Below are positions 23,906 through 36,600 of a DNA stretch of 64,000 nt, in pieces (the stretch's first letter is position 1; each line of letters opens with the position of its first letter). The notes below the pieces were generated by a model. The model saw nothing but the letters and a program-made list of their open reading frames with translations, was not told where the DNA came from and did not search any database. The position numbers were made by a program, and so were the translations under genes. Source of the stretch: Podarcis tiliguerta (Eukaryota); the NCBI GenBank assembly GCA_965153285.1, contig OZ229110.1; one strand, 5' to 3'.

Positions 23906-24539
23906 ATAGTGAATCAATAAACAAAAGTATAGTTGTCATGAGATGCACATACAAAGGAACCACAACAAACACTCTTTTGAAAATGGCTTCTTGTCATTTA
24001 GCATTGGATAGTTTTGAGAACATACTTTCACTATTGCTGTGAATTTCTTTGTCCTCTGCCTGAAACACACACAGGGGAAGCCAAAATGTTGCTCTTAGGA
24101 CTTCCAGTTTGCTCTATGAGAAAAAAGATCCATGAGAGAAAAAGATAAGAGTCCCGTGCAGCTCCCTGCGATAGAGAATATGAGTTCATTTCTTATACAA
24201 GACAATAAGCAACAAATGGAGTATGTATCACTTCCACGCCTGCTGTTCTTACACATGTTTGACTATAGTACATTTCTCAGGAAAACTCTAAAACAGGAAA
24301 ATAATGCAGCCCACAATGTAGAAAAACAAATATATATATATATATACACAATATTGGCTGCTACAGTATGCAGATCTAATGGGTTGGAGCCAGACTTAGT
24401 CATGCTTAGAACTTATGTCCCCTTGATCTAAATGTTCCTACTCTAAGCATGACAGGAAGCCTGGATCCTATCTCCCATAAAGGAATCATGCAGTTAGGGA
24501 ACCCAAGAGCAATCTGCAGCTTTGATTGGGTAGGAAACC

Positions 24540-24940
24540 TACTAAATACCACGAGTTACTGAATATCAGGAGAAGGGAAACTCAGATCCTAAACATCTGC
24601 TGCCTTATGGCTATATTCATTCGTGAGAAAGGCTTCAGGAGTAAACCCCGAGGAAAAATCTGTACCCACTGCTTGTGGGACATCTTGGGGAGAAGAAAAG
24701 GCTAAGGAGTAAACCCTACACATATCTGGAGTGGAATCCCTAAGACAGTTGAATGGCATATTGTGTGCCTCCTTCTCATAACTCCTGCAGCCAAGCTGGT
24801 GCCAAATACCAGTATATTGCTCTGCTTTCCTTTGGATCACATTAGGGAAGCTGAGAGTGGGGTCTTGTCATCTGGGTAGCCCAGGACCTCCATATACACT
24901 GCCCAGGCTTGTGCCCCAGAGTGGAGGCACACTCCATTGT
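24540..24940 (+). mobile_element. Probable RTE-clade LINE 5' region
   Basis: ggagaagggaaactcagatcctaaac motif resembling RTE 5' UTRs; internal duplication of aaaggct..ggagtaaaccc. Confidence 0.35.
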
Positions 24941-26341
24941 CTTGTGAGACAGAAAGATGCCAACAACTGGATATTACAGAAAGTCCTTCTTCCACATAGG
25001 ATTCAAATTTCTGTTCGTATACAGCAATGCTTTTTAATAGAGAACACACAAGTTTTCAGGTAAAGATGCCACCTAGCAGTCCTGTGAATAACATCCACCC
25101 TGCTGAACAGCTACTGTTCACAGAAAGTGAAATCCCAGGAATCTAGGATTCATGCAATTCCCACGTTAATCTGTGCACCTTGAAGTTACGTTGTGGCTAA
25201 TGCTGCTATAAGTATTGCAGTCTCTTCTGGACTGGGCTACCGATGGCTTTATGGTCACTCTTTTCTTCTTCTATTAGGACACAGTCTATGCTCGTCTGTG
25301 TTCTCCCATTCCGGACTGCATAGTTCTGGCTCTAAATTGGAAAACAAATAGCTACTGGCAGCTTGGATTACAGCTATAATTTTAGGAAATGGTGGACTAT
25401 ATCGAGAGAGGGCAGAAAGTAATGTAATACAAGAGTCAGTGGAATGACTTGCTTAAATACATATTAAAGAATAATACGGTAGATAAATTGTTTAGTTTTT
25501 AAAAGCATTCACAGTCTGCAATGCTATCCAGGAGAGCCAGAACACTCTTCTCCTCTAATCATTTCTGAAGACTCCAAAACAGCACATACATTTTAGCATA
25601 CTTGAATTATCATTTGCTGCAATGCTGTTCCGTTTCAACTGCATATATGAACAATCTAAACTATCTGATTTAATGTAGCTTCTAACAACCTGCTTTTGTG
25701 ATATGCCACTTCATACCTGCACGCATACCTCATAAATACACAGAAATTTGTGCCCAGAACAATGCCATAATTCTAAAGTGGCTTTGAGAACATGACAAGG
25801 TGAGTTACATATCCACTTATTTTGAGGGTGCCAGATTTGTGTGCACATTAAGACATTGGGGAAGAAAACTTCCCCAGTTTTATTTTTTCCTTGTGAGGGT
25901 GACTGAATGGCCTCAAACAGTGGTACCGCCCTTCACAAAACACCTGCCAGGTTGATGTGTTTGCTGAGGAATCCCTGCCTTCTGCCATGAGCCTCGTGAG
26001 GCATGTTCTATGCAGCCCAAATGCATGAGTCATTGCCCCAGTCTCTTGTAGCATAGCCCAACATTGCTCCAGAGTGAACCAAAGAACATGGGAAGTTTGG
26101 AAGTGTAGAAGTTTTAAAGCCTTTAAATAAAGAAGCAGAGTCTGTACATTGTTAACTAAGCCATGTCCAGTTGCCCACTGTGCTCACAGCACACACTATG
26201 ATGGCACATCCCTCAATATTGCTGAGTTCCCATTATCCTTACACAGCCAAGGTAACCTGAAAACAATGCCTCTTAGTTATGGCAGTAGGTCATTAGAGGT
26301 GGGAAGAGGAAGATGGGGGTGGGGAGGAAGAAGATCAAGGG

Positions 26342-26479
26342 CAGGAGCAGGGAATCTTTGACTCTTCAGAAGATGCTGAACTACAACTCCCAGCAGTCCT
26401 AGTGAGCATGATCAATGACTAGGGTTGATGGGAGTTGTAACTCAGCAACATCTGCAAGGCCACTGGTTTCCCATACTTG
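26342..26479. mobile_element. Degraded palindromic hAT-like MITE
   Basis: Inverted core gatgctgaactacaactccca...tgggagttgtaactcagcaacatc, related to 2397-2532. Confidence 0.7.
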
Positions 26480-26659
26480 ATCTAGAAGGATTCTGAAAAG
26501 GGGGAAATTTAGCAGTGTACTTTGAATCAAAGATAACGCAAAGGATGGAATTTGGTACCCTATCTATCTATCTATCTATCTATCATCTTACATTCTTCCA
26601 TATGAAAAGAGCATGAAAACGCTAAACTCTTATGATCAGCCACTGATGCCCATCATCCG

Positions 26660-26975
26660 AAATCAGCCAGGCACAAGAAGTAGGGCCTTTTCTGTGATGC
26701 CACTGAGATTCTGGAACAGGCTGCCCAAGGACATTGGCCTGGCCCGACCACTGTTTGCCTTCTGACAGACTAAAATTAACCTTCTCCAGCAAGCATTTTT
26801 GGGTGCTGCCCAGCGAACTGGGCTGTGGTGGTGCTCTGTTGATTCTTTTTAAATTGTATTATACTTCTAGGGAGCTGTGTGTGTGCAACATTCCTTGCTT
26901 TGTTTTAATTGTAAGCCATCTTGAGTATATTTTTGTTCTACAGAAAGGCAGGTTGAATGTAAAATAAATAAATAC
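26660..26975 (+). mobile_element. Old L2 LINE 3' end
   Basis: RAFSV...WN.LP-type segment, ttgtaagccatcttgagt...aaaggcagg...aataaataaa tail. Confidence 0.6.
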
Positions 26976-28440
26976 TTTTAATCTACAATTTTTAGAACTA
27001 CTCTGAAATATCAAACTAAGGGGACATTGTATAAATCCAGATTTCCCTTCATATAATTTACACAGCTGTCCAATTAAATGATCATCCCAATTATGAAAGG
27101 CTGTTAAAAATACATTTTTGCTCAAGGAGTTAGACACTTTAATTTCATCAGGGACTTTAAAATATTATACAGAAAAGCCAAACATTTCATAACTGTATTG
27201 AAAGTAAGATTAGCACTCCTCTTACAAAAACTACCTTCTAAAAGTGGGATTGTGGTGACCTGGATTTATTTTCTCTTGACATGTTCCATACATATAGTTC
27301 TTACAGAGTTTGCAGTTCAAAAGGTTTATTTGTCTAGCTACCTCTAATGCAAATTCAACTTGATACCCAAGCCAGGCCAGACACCTTTCTTCAATTGTTT
27401 TCTTTGTGTTCTTTCTTAAAAATAAATAAATGCCAGTGAGTCAAGTCTATCTGGAGGTTCTGTCCTTCAAATCACAGGTGGGAAGAATGGGTTGTACTAA
27501 CTCAGAGTTTCTGAATCCTTTTGAGCTCAAATCCAATCTCAGCTCATGCTACTTTGTCTCTAGCACCATAGATTGATGTTCAGTATCCATGTACACTATT
27601 GCCTCATGCTATATGCAAGGATCTGTGGATTGGAGGCCTGTAGCAACCATGGGATTAAAAGAGGATTTGAACAAAGCCTCTTGGATGCTTCCAAAATTTA
27701 CGTACAGTCATACATTATGAATATAATCAAAGCTGGACAGGAATTGGGGGAAATGGTGCCCAGTTTGGAATACAGGTGCACAATACAAGTGTGCCAAATT
27801 CATATTCTGAACCTGTAATTGTGAATTTTGGCTACATTGCACGCAATTTTTCATTTTCCTAGGCTCTGTGCGGGATTTTGACTAGTTAACTCACTCTTCA
27901 TTTCTCCCCCTAGGTGGCAATATTCTATTGCTGGCAGTATCCCTCTAAAAAGTTAGATTGCTTGTGAGTATTCCATGTCATTATAGGGTTAGGCAGGTGG
28001 GACCTCGGAGCCAGGCAACACTTAATAACACACACACCCCTTATGTGCAAAGGTGGATATGCCCATTAGTGTATACTACTGCTGCTGTGACTATCCCTGA
28101 ACTGGTTCCTACAACACCCCAAGAGCCAAATTTTGTAATCAAAGTGAAACAGTCTCATAAACAATGTTGCATCAGAACCGTGAACTCAATGCAAGATCAT
28201 AGTCCCTCTTCCATGAAAGGAGAAAACGGAAAGCTTTTAAATTTTCCAGTTCACAAAGAGAAGGCAATCATGGGTGGGTAGCTCCAAGCAATTCATTGTT
28301 CACTTGAATACATGGTCTATACAAGTAGAACCCCCATCACAACTAGGGACCCTATTGTGTGCAGAAACTGTTCCAGCAGACGCAAGCCCAGTGCAGACCT
28401 TCCCTACAAGGAAGGTTGGGAACTGAGGAGGCGGGAAACA

Positions 28441-28904
28441 TACTAATAATACTAATGCTAATAATTTATTTATACCCTGCCCATCTGCCTGGGTTTCCAA
28501 AGCCACTCTGGGCGGCTCCCAAGAGAATATTAATAAAGCGATAAAACAGCAGACTTTAAAAACTTCCCTAAACAGGGCTGCCTTCAGATGTCTCCTAAAA
28601 GTCATATTGTTGTTTATTTCCTTGACATCTGATGGGAGGGTGTTCCACAGGGCGGGCGCCACTACCGAGAAGGCCCCCTGCCTGGTTCCCTGTAACCTCA
28701 CTTCATGCAGTGAGGGAACCACCAGAAGGCCCTTGGAGCTGGACCTCAGTGTCCGGGCAGAACGATGGGGGTGGAGACGCTCTTTCAGGTATACTGGACC
28801 GAGGCCATTTAGGGCTGTAAAGGTCAGCACCAACACTTCGAATTGTGCTCGGGGACGTACTGGGAGCCAATGTAGGTCTTTCAGGACTGGTGTTATATGG
28901 TCTC
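28441..28904 (-). mobile_element. L2-clade LINE, 5'-truncated
   Basis: ORF VLTFTALNGLGPVYLKERL...AFSVVAPALWNTLP...FRRHLKAALFREVF. Confidence 0.93.
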
Positions 28905-29080
28905 ACTAGCTTTCATGAATACCCCTTCTCCCATCCACACTTTGAGAGAGGTGTACCAGAAGATTCCATGAGTAGCCCACTCCTGTGAGCAAGTTGTGAG
29001 GCTTTTTTTTTTTTTAGTGAATTGCCAATGCATTCTCAGAATGAATTCTGTGACTTATTCTGATCAAGTCATCACTTGAT

Positions 29081-29293
29081 AGGAAGTTGCCTAATGTCCC
29101 ATCACACTATTAGTCCATCAAACATTTTGTTACCTTGACTAGCACTGGATATGCAAGCTATCAGTTCTTCACGTCACAAGCAGCCTGATTCGTCTTCCCC
29201 CACCTCATCTTCTTAACTGGCAATGCCAGGGACTGAACTTACGACTTTCTGCATACAAACCATGTGCTCTGACACTGAGCCATGGTCCATCCC
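29081..29293 (-). mobile_element. Squam3-type SINE, degraded
   Basis: Reverse complement head catggctcagtgtcagagcacatgg...gcagaaagtc..agttcagtccctggcat. Confidence 0.65.
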
Positions 29294-30578
29294 TTTCATA
29301 GTATTTCAATCATCCAGTACTTAGTTACCAGAAAATATAAACACCTAAACTCTTGCATCAGGCGCATCAAGTATAAGGGGATTGTAGATAATGTGTGGGT
29401 ATTTGTGGTCACTTGCATAATTTCTGATTCAAATCAGATATGTGTAGTTCTATTTGCAAGTTCACAGAGAGTTTTTAAAAAATCCTGGAGTGTAAATTCA
29501 TGGAGATTGAATTGTCCAGTGGGACTAGAATGGCCTCACTAACCCAAACACAGCCATGCCCTTACAATGTTTTGCTTGCCACTTCTTCATAACATTGCAA
29601 GGGCTCCCATTTGGATTCTCACAGTGTTCCAGCCATTCCCACAACCCACTGCTAATGTATGACAGGAAACATTCTGTAACATATATAAATAGGAAATGAC
29701 ACAGCATCAATTCCAACTGCTGCTAGTTGGCATTAAGGAATTGTAAGGCACACAAAAATGGAGGCGGAGAAGCGGGTCTATGTAAATCATCTGTTTAAAT
29801 TAATGACAAACAAAATTGAGTTCCCTTTGTGGTTGATTTTCATCTGAGCTGCACCCTACAATAAAATAGTTATCAAAGAAAGCTACCAATTAGTTGTTAA
29901 TTCAAAACATCTTCAGAAATAAGGCTTCAAATCTCAACTGATATCTTTCCAACAACCTCCTAATTGCAGCAAGTTGGTGGTAAAAAACATTGCTTTAAAT
30001 AAAAAGATGTATTTCATTTGCTGGAGTATATACTATCCCTTGCATAATTATTCCCAGAATTTCCTCATTATACCGTGAGCTTTCTCAGAAGATTTCTTGT
30101 GTATATGTCTATACTGAGATACAAAAGAAAGGACAGATTATTGTTCCCTAAACCTTATACTCTTCACAGGTCTCAGGAGCTCTGGTCTGGTGGTGGTGGT
30201 GGTTATGGGGACCACTTTGGACAAAACACAGTTTTTAACAGAACCGATCAGAATGCAAAGGCATGCAAAGAAAAAGAAAACTTCATCAAGGATAGAAAGA
30301 TATAATTCCTTGTATCTTTTCAAAAATGAAATGTGACCCTAGATTAGGTGGGAAACAATAGTGAAAAACATGGGTGGGATTCAACTAATGAGTCCCATCC
30401 ATGGAAATTTGTGCAAAGACCTTCTTCCCCCAGCCTCCTGAAATTGCCTTGGGTGTGTCCAGCAGAACCTCCAGAACAGTGCAGACAAAGCCAGGACTGT
30501 TCTGTCTGGGAACCTGAAATGTTTGCACTGATGGAACAATTTCAATATCATCATCATCATCATCATCACCACCACCAC

Positions 30579-30948
30579 TGTTATGTACTGAGTTGAATAG
30601 GATCCAAACTGCAGCAGTCTGATTGGTCCTAGAACAATAGGATCCAAATCGCAGCAGTCTGATTGGTCCTAGAACAATAGGATTCAGAATGCATCAGTCT
30701 GATTGGTCCTAGAACAATGCAGCAGTCTGATTGGTTGGCAGGAACCACCCAATCATGCTCCAGATATAAGTGAATCCACAACCTGATTGGCTTACAGTAG
30801 AATTCCAGAATTAGCCAATCATGTGCAGCCCATTGTGTAAATAATGTATATAAAACAGATACTTTGAGGGGACATTCATTCATTCCTCCTCACCACTATG
30901 AGCTGAATAAAGAGCATGAAATCACCTTGCGACTCTGAGTATATTTCA
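30579..30948 (+). mobile_element. Solo LTR (copia-like), 370 bp
   Basis: TG...CA ends; perfect 5-bp TSD ACCAC; TATATAAAA at 30847-30855; AATAAA at 30906-30911. Confidence 0.88.
30596..30738 (+). repeat. About 3.5 copies of a 40-bp tandem unit within the LTR U3
   Basis: aataggatccaaactgcagcagtctgattggtcctagaac units at 30596, 30636 and 30676, plus a partial copy. Confidence 0.92.
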
Positions 30949-31022
30949 ACCACCATCGTTAATTTGTACACCCGCCCATCTGACTGGGTTGCCCCAGCCA
31001 CTCTGGGCGGCTTCCAACTAAT

Positions 31023-31169
31023 CAGTGGCGTAGCGTGGGTTGTCAGCACCCGGGGCTAGGCAAGTAATTTGCGCCCCCTAACCCGTGGATTTGCGCCCCC
31101 TAACCCTAACCCCCAGATGTTGCCCCCGGTGCGGCCGGCCCCCCCTGCACCCCCCACGCTACGCCACTG
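31023..31169. mobile_element. Young GC-rich hAT MITE, 147 bp
   Basis: Perfect 17-bp TIR CAGTGGCGTAGCGTGGG; perfect 8-bp TSD CAACTAAT. Confidence 0.93.
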
Positions 31170-31444
31170 CAACTAATATAAAAACATAGTAAAACATTAC
31201 ACATTAAAAGGCTTCCCTATATAGCACTCCCTTCAGATGTCTCCTAAAGGTTGTATAGTTATATAGTTACTCATCTTCTTGACATCTGATGGGAGGGCGT
31301 TCCACAACACTGAACCCATGTGTACCAGTGGGTCTTGGCTCTCGAGGATTTGACTAAGGCTGAAAGTATTTCACTCATTCTGTTCCCTCTTGTTCAGTTG
31401 GTTCACTCCACCCTAAGTTTCACTCCTGCTTAGCTAATAACACA

Positions 31445-31510
31445 GGAAGTTGCATTATACTGAGTTGGACTATTGGTTCATCTAGCTCCGCACTGTCTAC
31501 ACTGACTGAC
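31445..31510 (-). mobile_element. Squam3-type SINE 3' fragment
   Basis: aggaagttgcattatactgagt...ttggttcatctagctc..cactgtctacactgactg. Confidence 0.65.
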
Positions 31511-32029
31511 ACAAACCCTCCACAACATTCATTTCTCTGAGTTCTTTTGCAGGTGTGCACAGATAAAACTATAAAAAGGAACCTTATTGTGGTTGTCTGT
31601 TTAATTTTTTGACTTCTCTGGTCCGATTGAATGCTGTTTCTTGGTAGTCGTTTCATTGTTATAATACCCAGAAAAAACATTTTTTTCCTCCCACTCTTTT
31701 TTTATAAATGCAAGACATTGTAAGTATATATGCACACTCCATAAATAAACCCTAACTCTGTTATTGTTCTCCATTGTGTCACTGATAATGTGTTCTATCT
31801 GCACACATTTAAAAAGGCTCACCACTTCCCTTTTTAAGAAGTTGGAGGTTCTGTCTCCATCTTCCTGGGTGTAATTAAGATGGTGACCACAAAAAAGCAC
31901 TATTCTTTGGTCTGTGCTTTGTCTCCTCCTGCAATAAAATGAGAAAGATGAACATATTTTAGATCCCTGACAGCAGTAAAACTGTTTTCACTTAGGAGAG
32001 GCATCATGAAATCATTTGGCCCCCTTGTC

Positions 32030-33620
32030 AAAAAGAGCAATGGCTTGTTGTCAGTGTTAATCCTCTTGGTTAGACACAGTGCAAATGGGTCCCACCTATG
32101 CCAAAGGTGAATATTAGCAGTAAATATCCTTTCAAGAGATCTGCCACTGGATCATTCAGTAGTGAAAACAGCTGTCCTCACTCATGCAGAGCCTTTGGGT
32201 GAATAAAAGCCTTTAAAGATTAAAGTGCACCCTTCCTCAAAGAAAGAAAAATATATATGCTTGACATAGAAGGTCCAACATTTTATTCAGTGACAGCATT
32301 TATTTTGAGAGCATTCTATTGCATTTGTTCTACCTAGTGACTGGATGGTAAATTGCTGTTGTGTTGAATTCCCCACCTTGCTCTCAGATGAAGTCACCAA
32401 TATCTTCAAAAATAATCTGAATTCCGGATGGGAGAAGTTCAGCTGTGTCCAGTTTATGGATCAATTATAGTTGGCATCACCTAAAGGTGTAGAAGGGAAG
32501 CAGAGGTGGAATGTGTTGGGTAGAGGGTGGCAAACAGGGAACAAACTGCAGGTTGGGTTATTGGCCATTTTGGCCAGTGTCAGCTGGGTAGGAAAAGCTT
32601 GGACAGGACTTGTTGTGGATGAGGTTGTAGATGCTTCCATTTTGGAAGAAAACTGACACACAATCTTTAGTTGGATATTGACAGAAGCAGATGTTCTTTG
32701 TTGATCTAATTCAACTTTCAGTGGCTTTTGGATACCATTGGTCATGATGTTTTGGTGATTTATAAGACCTGGCAGAGGAATGTAATAATCCAGGGTTACA
32801 AATATGAAGGTACCTTTCTCAGCATTTGGACGCAGCTTTCAGCCTTAGTTTCATTGCTGTAATTTTTATTTCTAAATGTGAAAGAAACCAAAGATAAAAT
32901 GGGAACATTTCTGTAAACTCTGGCAGATTCCCTTGGTTTGGCCATTCACCATAAGATCATGCCTGTTTTGCACAAGCAATTTTAATTAGACTAATATTTG
33001 AGTTCTTATGTTTAGTATAAACTAAATGCTTATTTGAGACATCTGTTTCTCTGTACAGCTACTGGAATATCGTATTGTGTGAGTCATGTTTTGGTTAATA
33101 CGTACATGCATGGAGTTAAAGTTATCCTTACACAGAGCTGAAGTTATGCTTATAAGATCATCCTGCAGGATGTGCTGCCTTTCTACTTTCATACAGGAAG
33201 CAAGGTTCAATACATATATTCACTCAACTTTCCTGTTTAGAAGGTTTCAGTAGAACTTAGAATAAACTGTGGATTCACTTGGCTCTGATTCCCCATTCAC
33301 TAATTAACTTTGTCTTTGTCTGGTCTCTCTCTCTCTCATTCTCTCTTTTGGTGCTACAGTACTGTCATGTTATATTTGGGTACAGATAGCTTTTCTATTA
33401 TTAAAGCTTCTTGAGGGTGTTTATAGTTTATAAAGATAGTTTGTCACACTTGCATGCATGTTAAACACTAATGAGTGTTTTCTGATTATATTGGACTTTT
33501 TTTGGTGGTGTGTTATCACTGATTCTTAAGGAAACATACACATATATTTTGATGGTTTTACTTCCATGGTGTGGATCTCCCACTGAGAATGGTATATCTG
33601 TATTGAAAGCAGCATATATT
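32030..33620 (-). pseudogene. Possible highly degraded retroelement envelope (lokiretrovirus-like env)
   Basis: Collinear peptide fragments across frameshifts resembling class I fusion env of this lineage, ending in a hydrophobic segment and a PPT-like tract; recognised by eye only. Confidence 0.35.
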
Positions 33621-36600
33621 AGGGGTGTGCATTGGCTCTGTCTGTGTACTCCAAATTACAAGCCAAATTGTGGTGGTCTGAGGTATTCCCAAATCAGGTT
33701 GCTTGCTAATAAGGCTTGTCAAGGCAGAACAGGGAGTTTCCAACCTTCGCAGTAGCTTTGTTGTCTCAGGTTTTCAAAAAAGTTAAATATGCAACCTCCC
33801 CCCCTTGTTTTCTGAGAAACAAACCAAGCCAACTAGGAAAACTCTCAGAGCTCAAGAGGAGATCAGGTGTGGAAGAGAGACAAGGGGGTATTTTGATGTA
33901 CAAGGCCAACTTTTAATAATAGTGGGATGTTTTCCAGCAGTAAGCCAATCACAGTGATTTGGAGGAGGGATTCCAAAGAAAATAACCCAAGGTTGTTCCT
34001 TACATGGGTCCTCATTCTCCTGTGTGTTTGAGTTATGGGAACAGAGTGTAAGTGGTGGAGTTACACAGGGTTGAGAAACCTTAGACACACAGGTCAAATC
34101 TTGGCCTGCCAGGAAGCCCCAATTGGCCTTTCAGGCTATTTTCCCAAACCACAGTCACCTACTGTCAGTTGATGGGAAGGAAGATGAGGTTAAATCCTGC
34201 ACTGGCTGTGCAATTCTCCCAAGGCAGTAGGATTTAGCCCTCCTCGTCAGATGAGGAGTGCGGGGAGGGAGAGAGGGAAAAGCCTGCTCAGTTCAGCAGG
34301 ATTCAATGCTAAGCCCTTCCTGGATTCTCTGCTAAAATGGAGTCTTCCTCCACTGTAGGTGTATAGGACTTCCATGCTATTGAGAACTGCTACACGTGGC
34401 TGCATTGGAGTCCCTTTCAGCCAAACACATAAGACCCTGAAGGGCACGGGCAGAGGGGCACACTGACCTTGAGACATGATGCTGCAGCCCTAGCCTGTTC
34501 TTTTCTGGATTGAGGTCTTAGGGGAGGCTAGGTCAAAGCATGGGCACTTGTCCCATCGCAAAGAACACAAACTGGTTAAGTTTAATACAGTGTTACAGTT
34601 GGTGCTTCCGAGTGGTTTGGCAACAACTACATCAATAAGGGTCTGGGCACCTCTCAGAATTAAATCAAAGGCTTGTTGTAATTGTTCTAAAACAAATCAT
34701 TCATCATATCTAGAACTGTGGTTGTCCCTTTGTCATTATCCAGATATACATCTACTCAGTTGATGTGAGGATAATTGAAGACACATATGATTATGACATT
34801 TTCTCTTTTGGCTGCCTCCCAGATGTCCCTCCTGGAACATTTGGAGCCAATTGTTAGTTTGCTGGCATTTTGTTTTCCGAGTTTTTCCAGAGATACGTTT
34901 TTATGGCTACTAGTGTAGTTGTTTATGAGAGCAGCTTATAACCTCCAGAATGCAAATCCTGTCATCACCTTAGTAAAAGCAAAGTGAATGGTGCCTGCAC
35001 GAAAAAAACACATAAATTCCACAGAAACGAAATTAATGGGTTAGATGTTAGCCTGTGAAAGATGCTCACTCAAGTTCAAAATGCTGGTAAATACGCTAAC
35101 TTAGTAAAGCTTTATTCTAGGTGTGCCCTAAAGCCATTAAACTATAGAGTAACATAAGCCTGGGAATGGATGACTTGGCATGGAGAACATACAAATGAAC
35201 TTCTGGTTTCTTGTTGCCAATAATTCTGCACAAGATAAATGTGGGAGGGGTAAAGTGGGGCCACCCTCACTGCCCACCCCCTTTGTATTGTCTCTATCCC
35301 TTGGACCTGTTGCCGTCCACAAACTAGATGTGTGCATTGGGGAGTCTGCTGCACATATTGAAGCCCCCATTCCCCATGATTTAGAACCTTGCACAAATGA
35401 GGGAGATTCCATGAGGCGTTCCTGCACAACAATCCTGCCCTCCAATGCATGGACAGAGAGGGTTGGGGCCACAGGGTGGTTCCCCACCCCTTGTATGTTA
35501 GCAGATATCAGTAGATAAAATCATGTGGGCCGATACAACTGAAGTGGTTGGGCAAATACCTCGCTCCGCTCACTTGATTTTAATTGTGTGTGGGGACTGA
35601 GTGCCCAATTATAGAGCTATTATTTCAAATATCTGATACTGGCCTCCATCAGAGAGGCTGATCCTTCTGAGTGAATAAGGTGAACAAGTGCTCAATCATT
35701 TTACATTAAAAATCAGCGTTTGAGTGCAACCAGTAGATTTTAAAGGATGCAGATGGCACTTTATTAATATGTACTGGCTTAATTGAACTAGAAGTATACG
35801 ATTTAACTTTCTACAGAATCTCACTGAGTATATCTTTAATGGTTAGTGTTAAAATATGAAGTGTCCTGCATTTCTCAGATTCTAATAGGTAGTGCTCCCT
35901 CATTAAACAAAGTCAATATTTTACCATCAGCATGAGTGAATATGTATATCAAATATGTTTCAGTTAAGACATAGGGCATGGTATGTGGAAAAGGCCCCCC
36001 CGTGAAGTATTGCCCTTACTCATTATAATAATTATGATTATAACTCATCATATCGCCCAGCCTGGCTGGGATTACTTCAAGAAGAAGCCTCTGGTTATTT
36101 TTTTAAAGGGTACTAAAGCTGTAGATGATAAAATGAAACAGCTGTGAACAGGTAAGAGGTAGCACATTGAAAAGGTAAACAAAGGGGATGTAATGTGGAA
36201 CTTTTTGCAGCTCCCTTTGTTTAGAGGTTTTTTTTGTTGGCAAAAGTCTGGTGTCACCCTAACGTCAAAGACCAAGGTGACAACATGCAAAATGTTGTTA
36301 TAATACCTACTCTTGATTTCTTTATAATAAGGGCTAACAAAGCTAAACTGCATCAAGGCATGTGTTTGTCACAAAGGCATGAAGTTCATATGGAAAAACC
36401 ACAATGCCCGATCAAGTCTTGCTGACCCATAATAATTACTAAAATATAAGAATGTGATTGGGGTTAGCATATGAAATGAGAGGTCTCATGTATAATCATA
36501 CTGGCAGCATTTATGGGCCAATAAAGAAATCACATTAGACTTGTATTTTCCTAACTGGAAAGGTGCCAAAGTAATGAAAAATACAGTAATTTTTGTTGAT

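Larger units (their letters stand above)
30546..31307 (-). mobile_element. L2 3' fragment carrying two nested insertions
   Basis: cccgcccatctg...ccactctgggcggcttccaac and ttgacatctgatgggagggcgttccaca match the other L2 copies; the tail is (CAT)n(CAC)n. Confidence 0.8.

Noticed and set aside
30348-30596. ORF ending in poly-His
   Set aside because: The His run is the (CAT)n(CAC)n tail of an L2 element and the ORF runs into an LTR.
30596-30738. Regularly spaced repeats resembling a CRISPR array
   Set aside because: The units are contiguous near-identical 40-mers with no unique spacers, lie inside an LTR with a TSD, have no cas genes nearby, and the context is eukaryotic.
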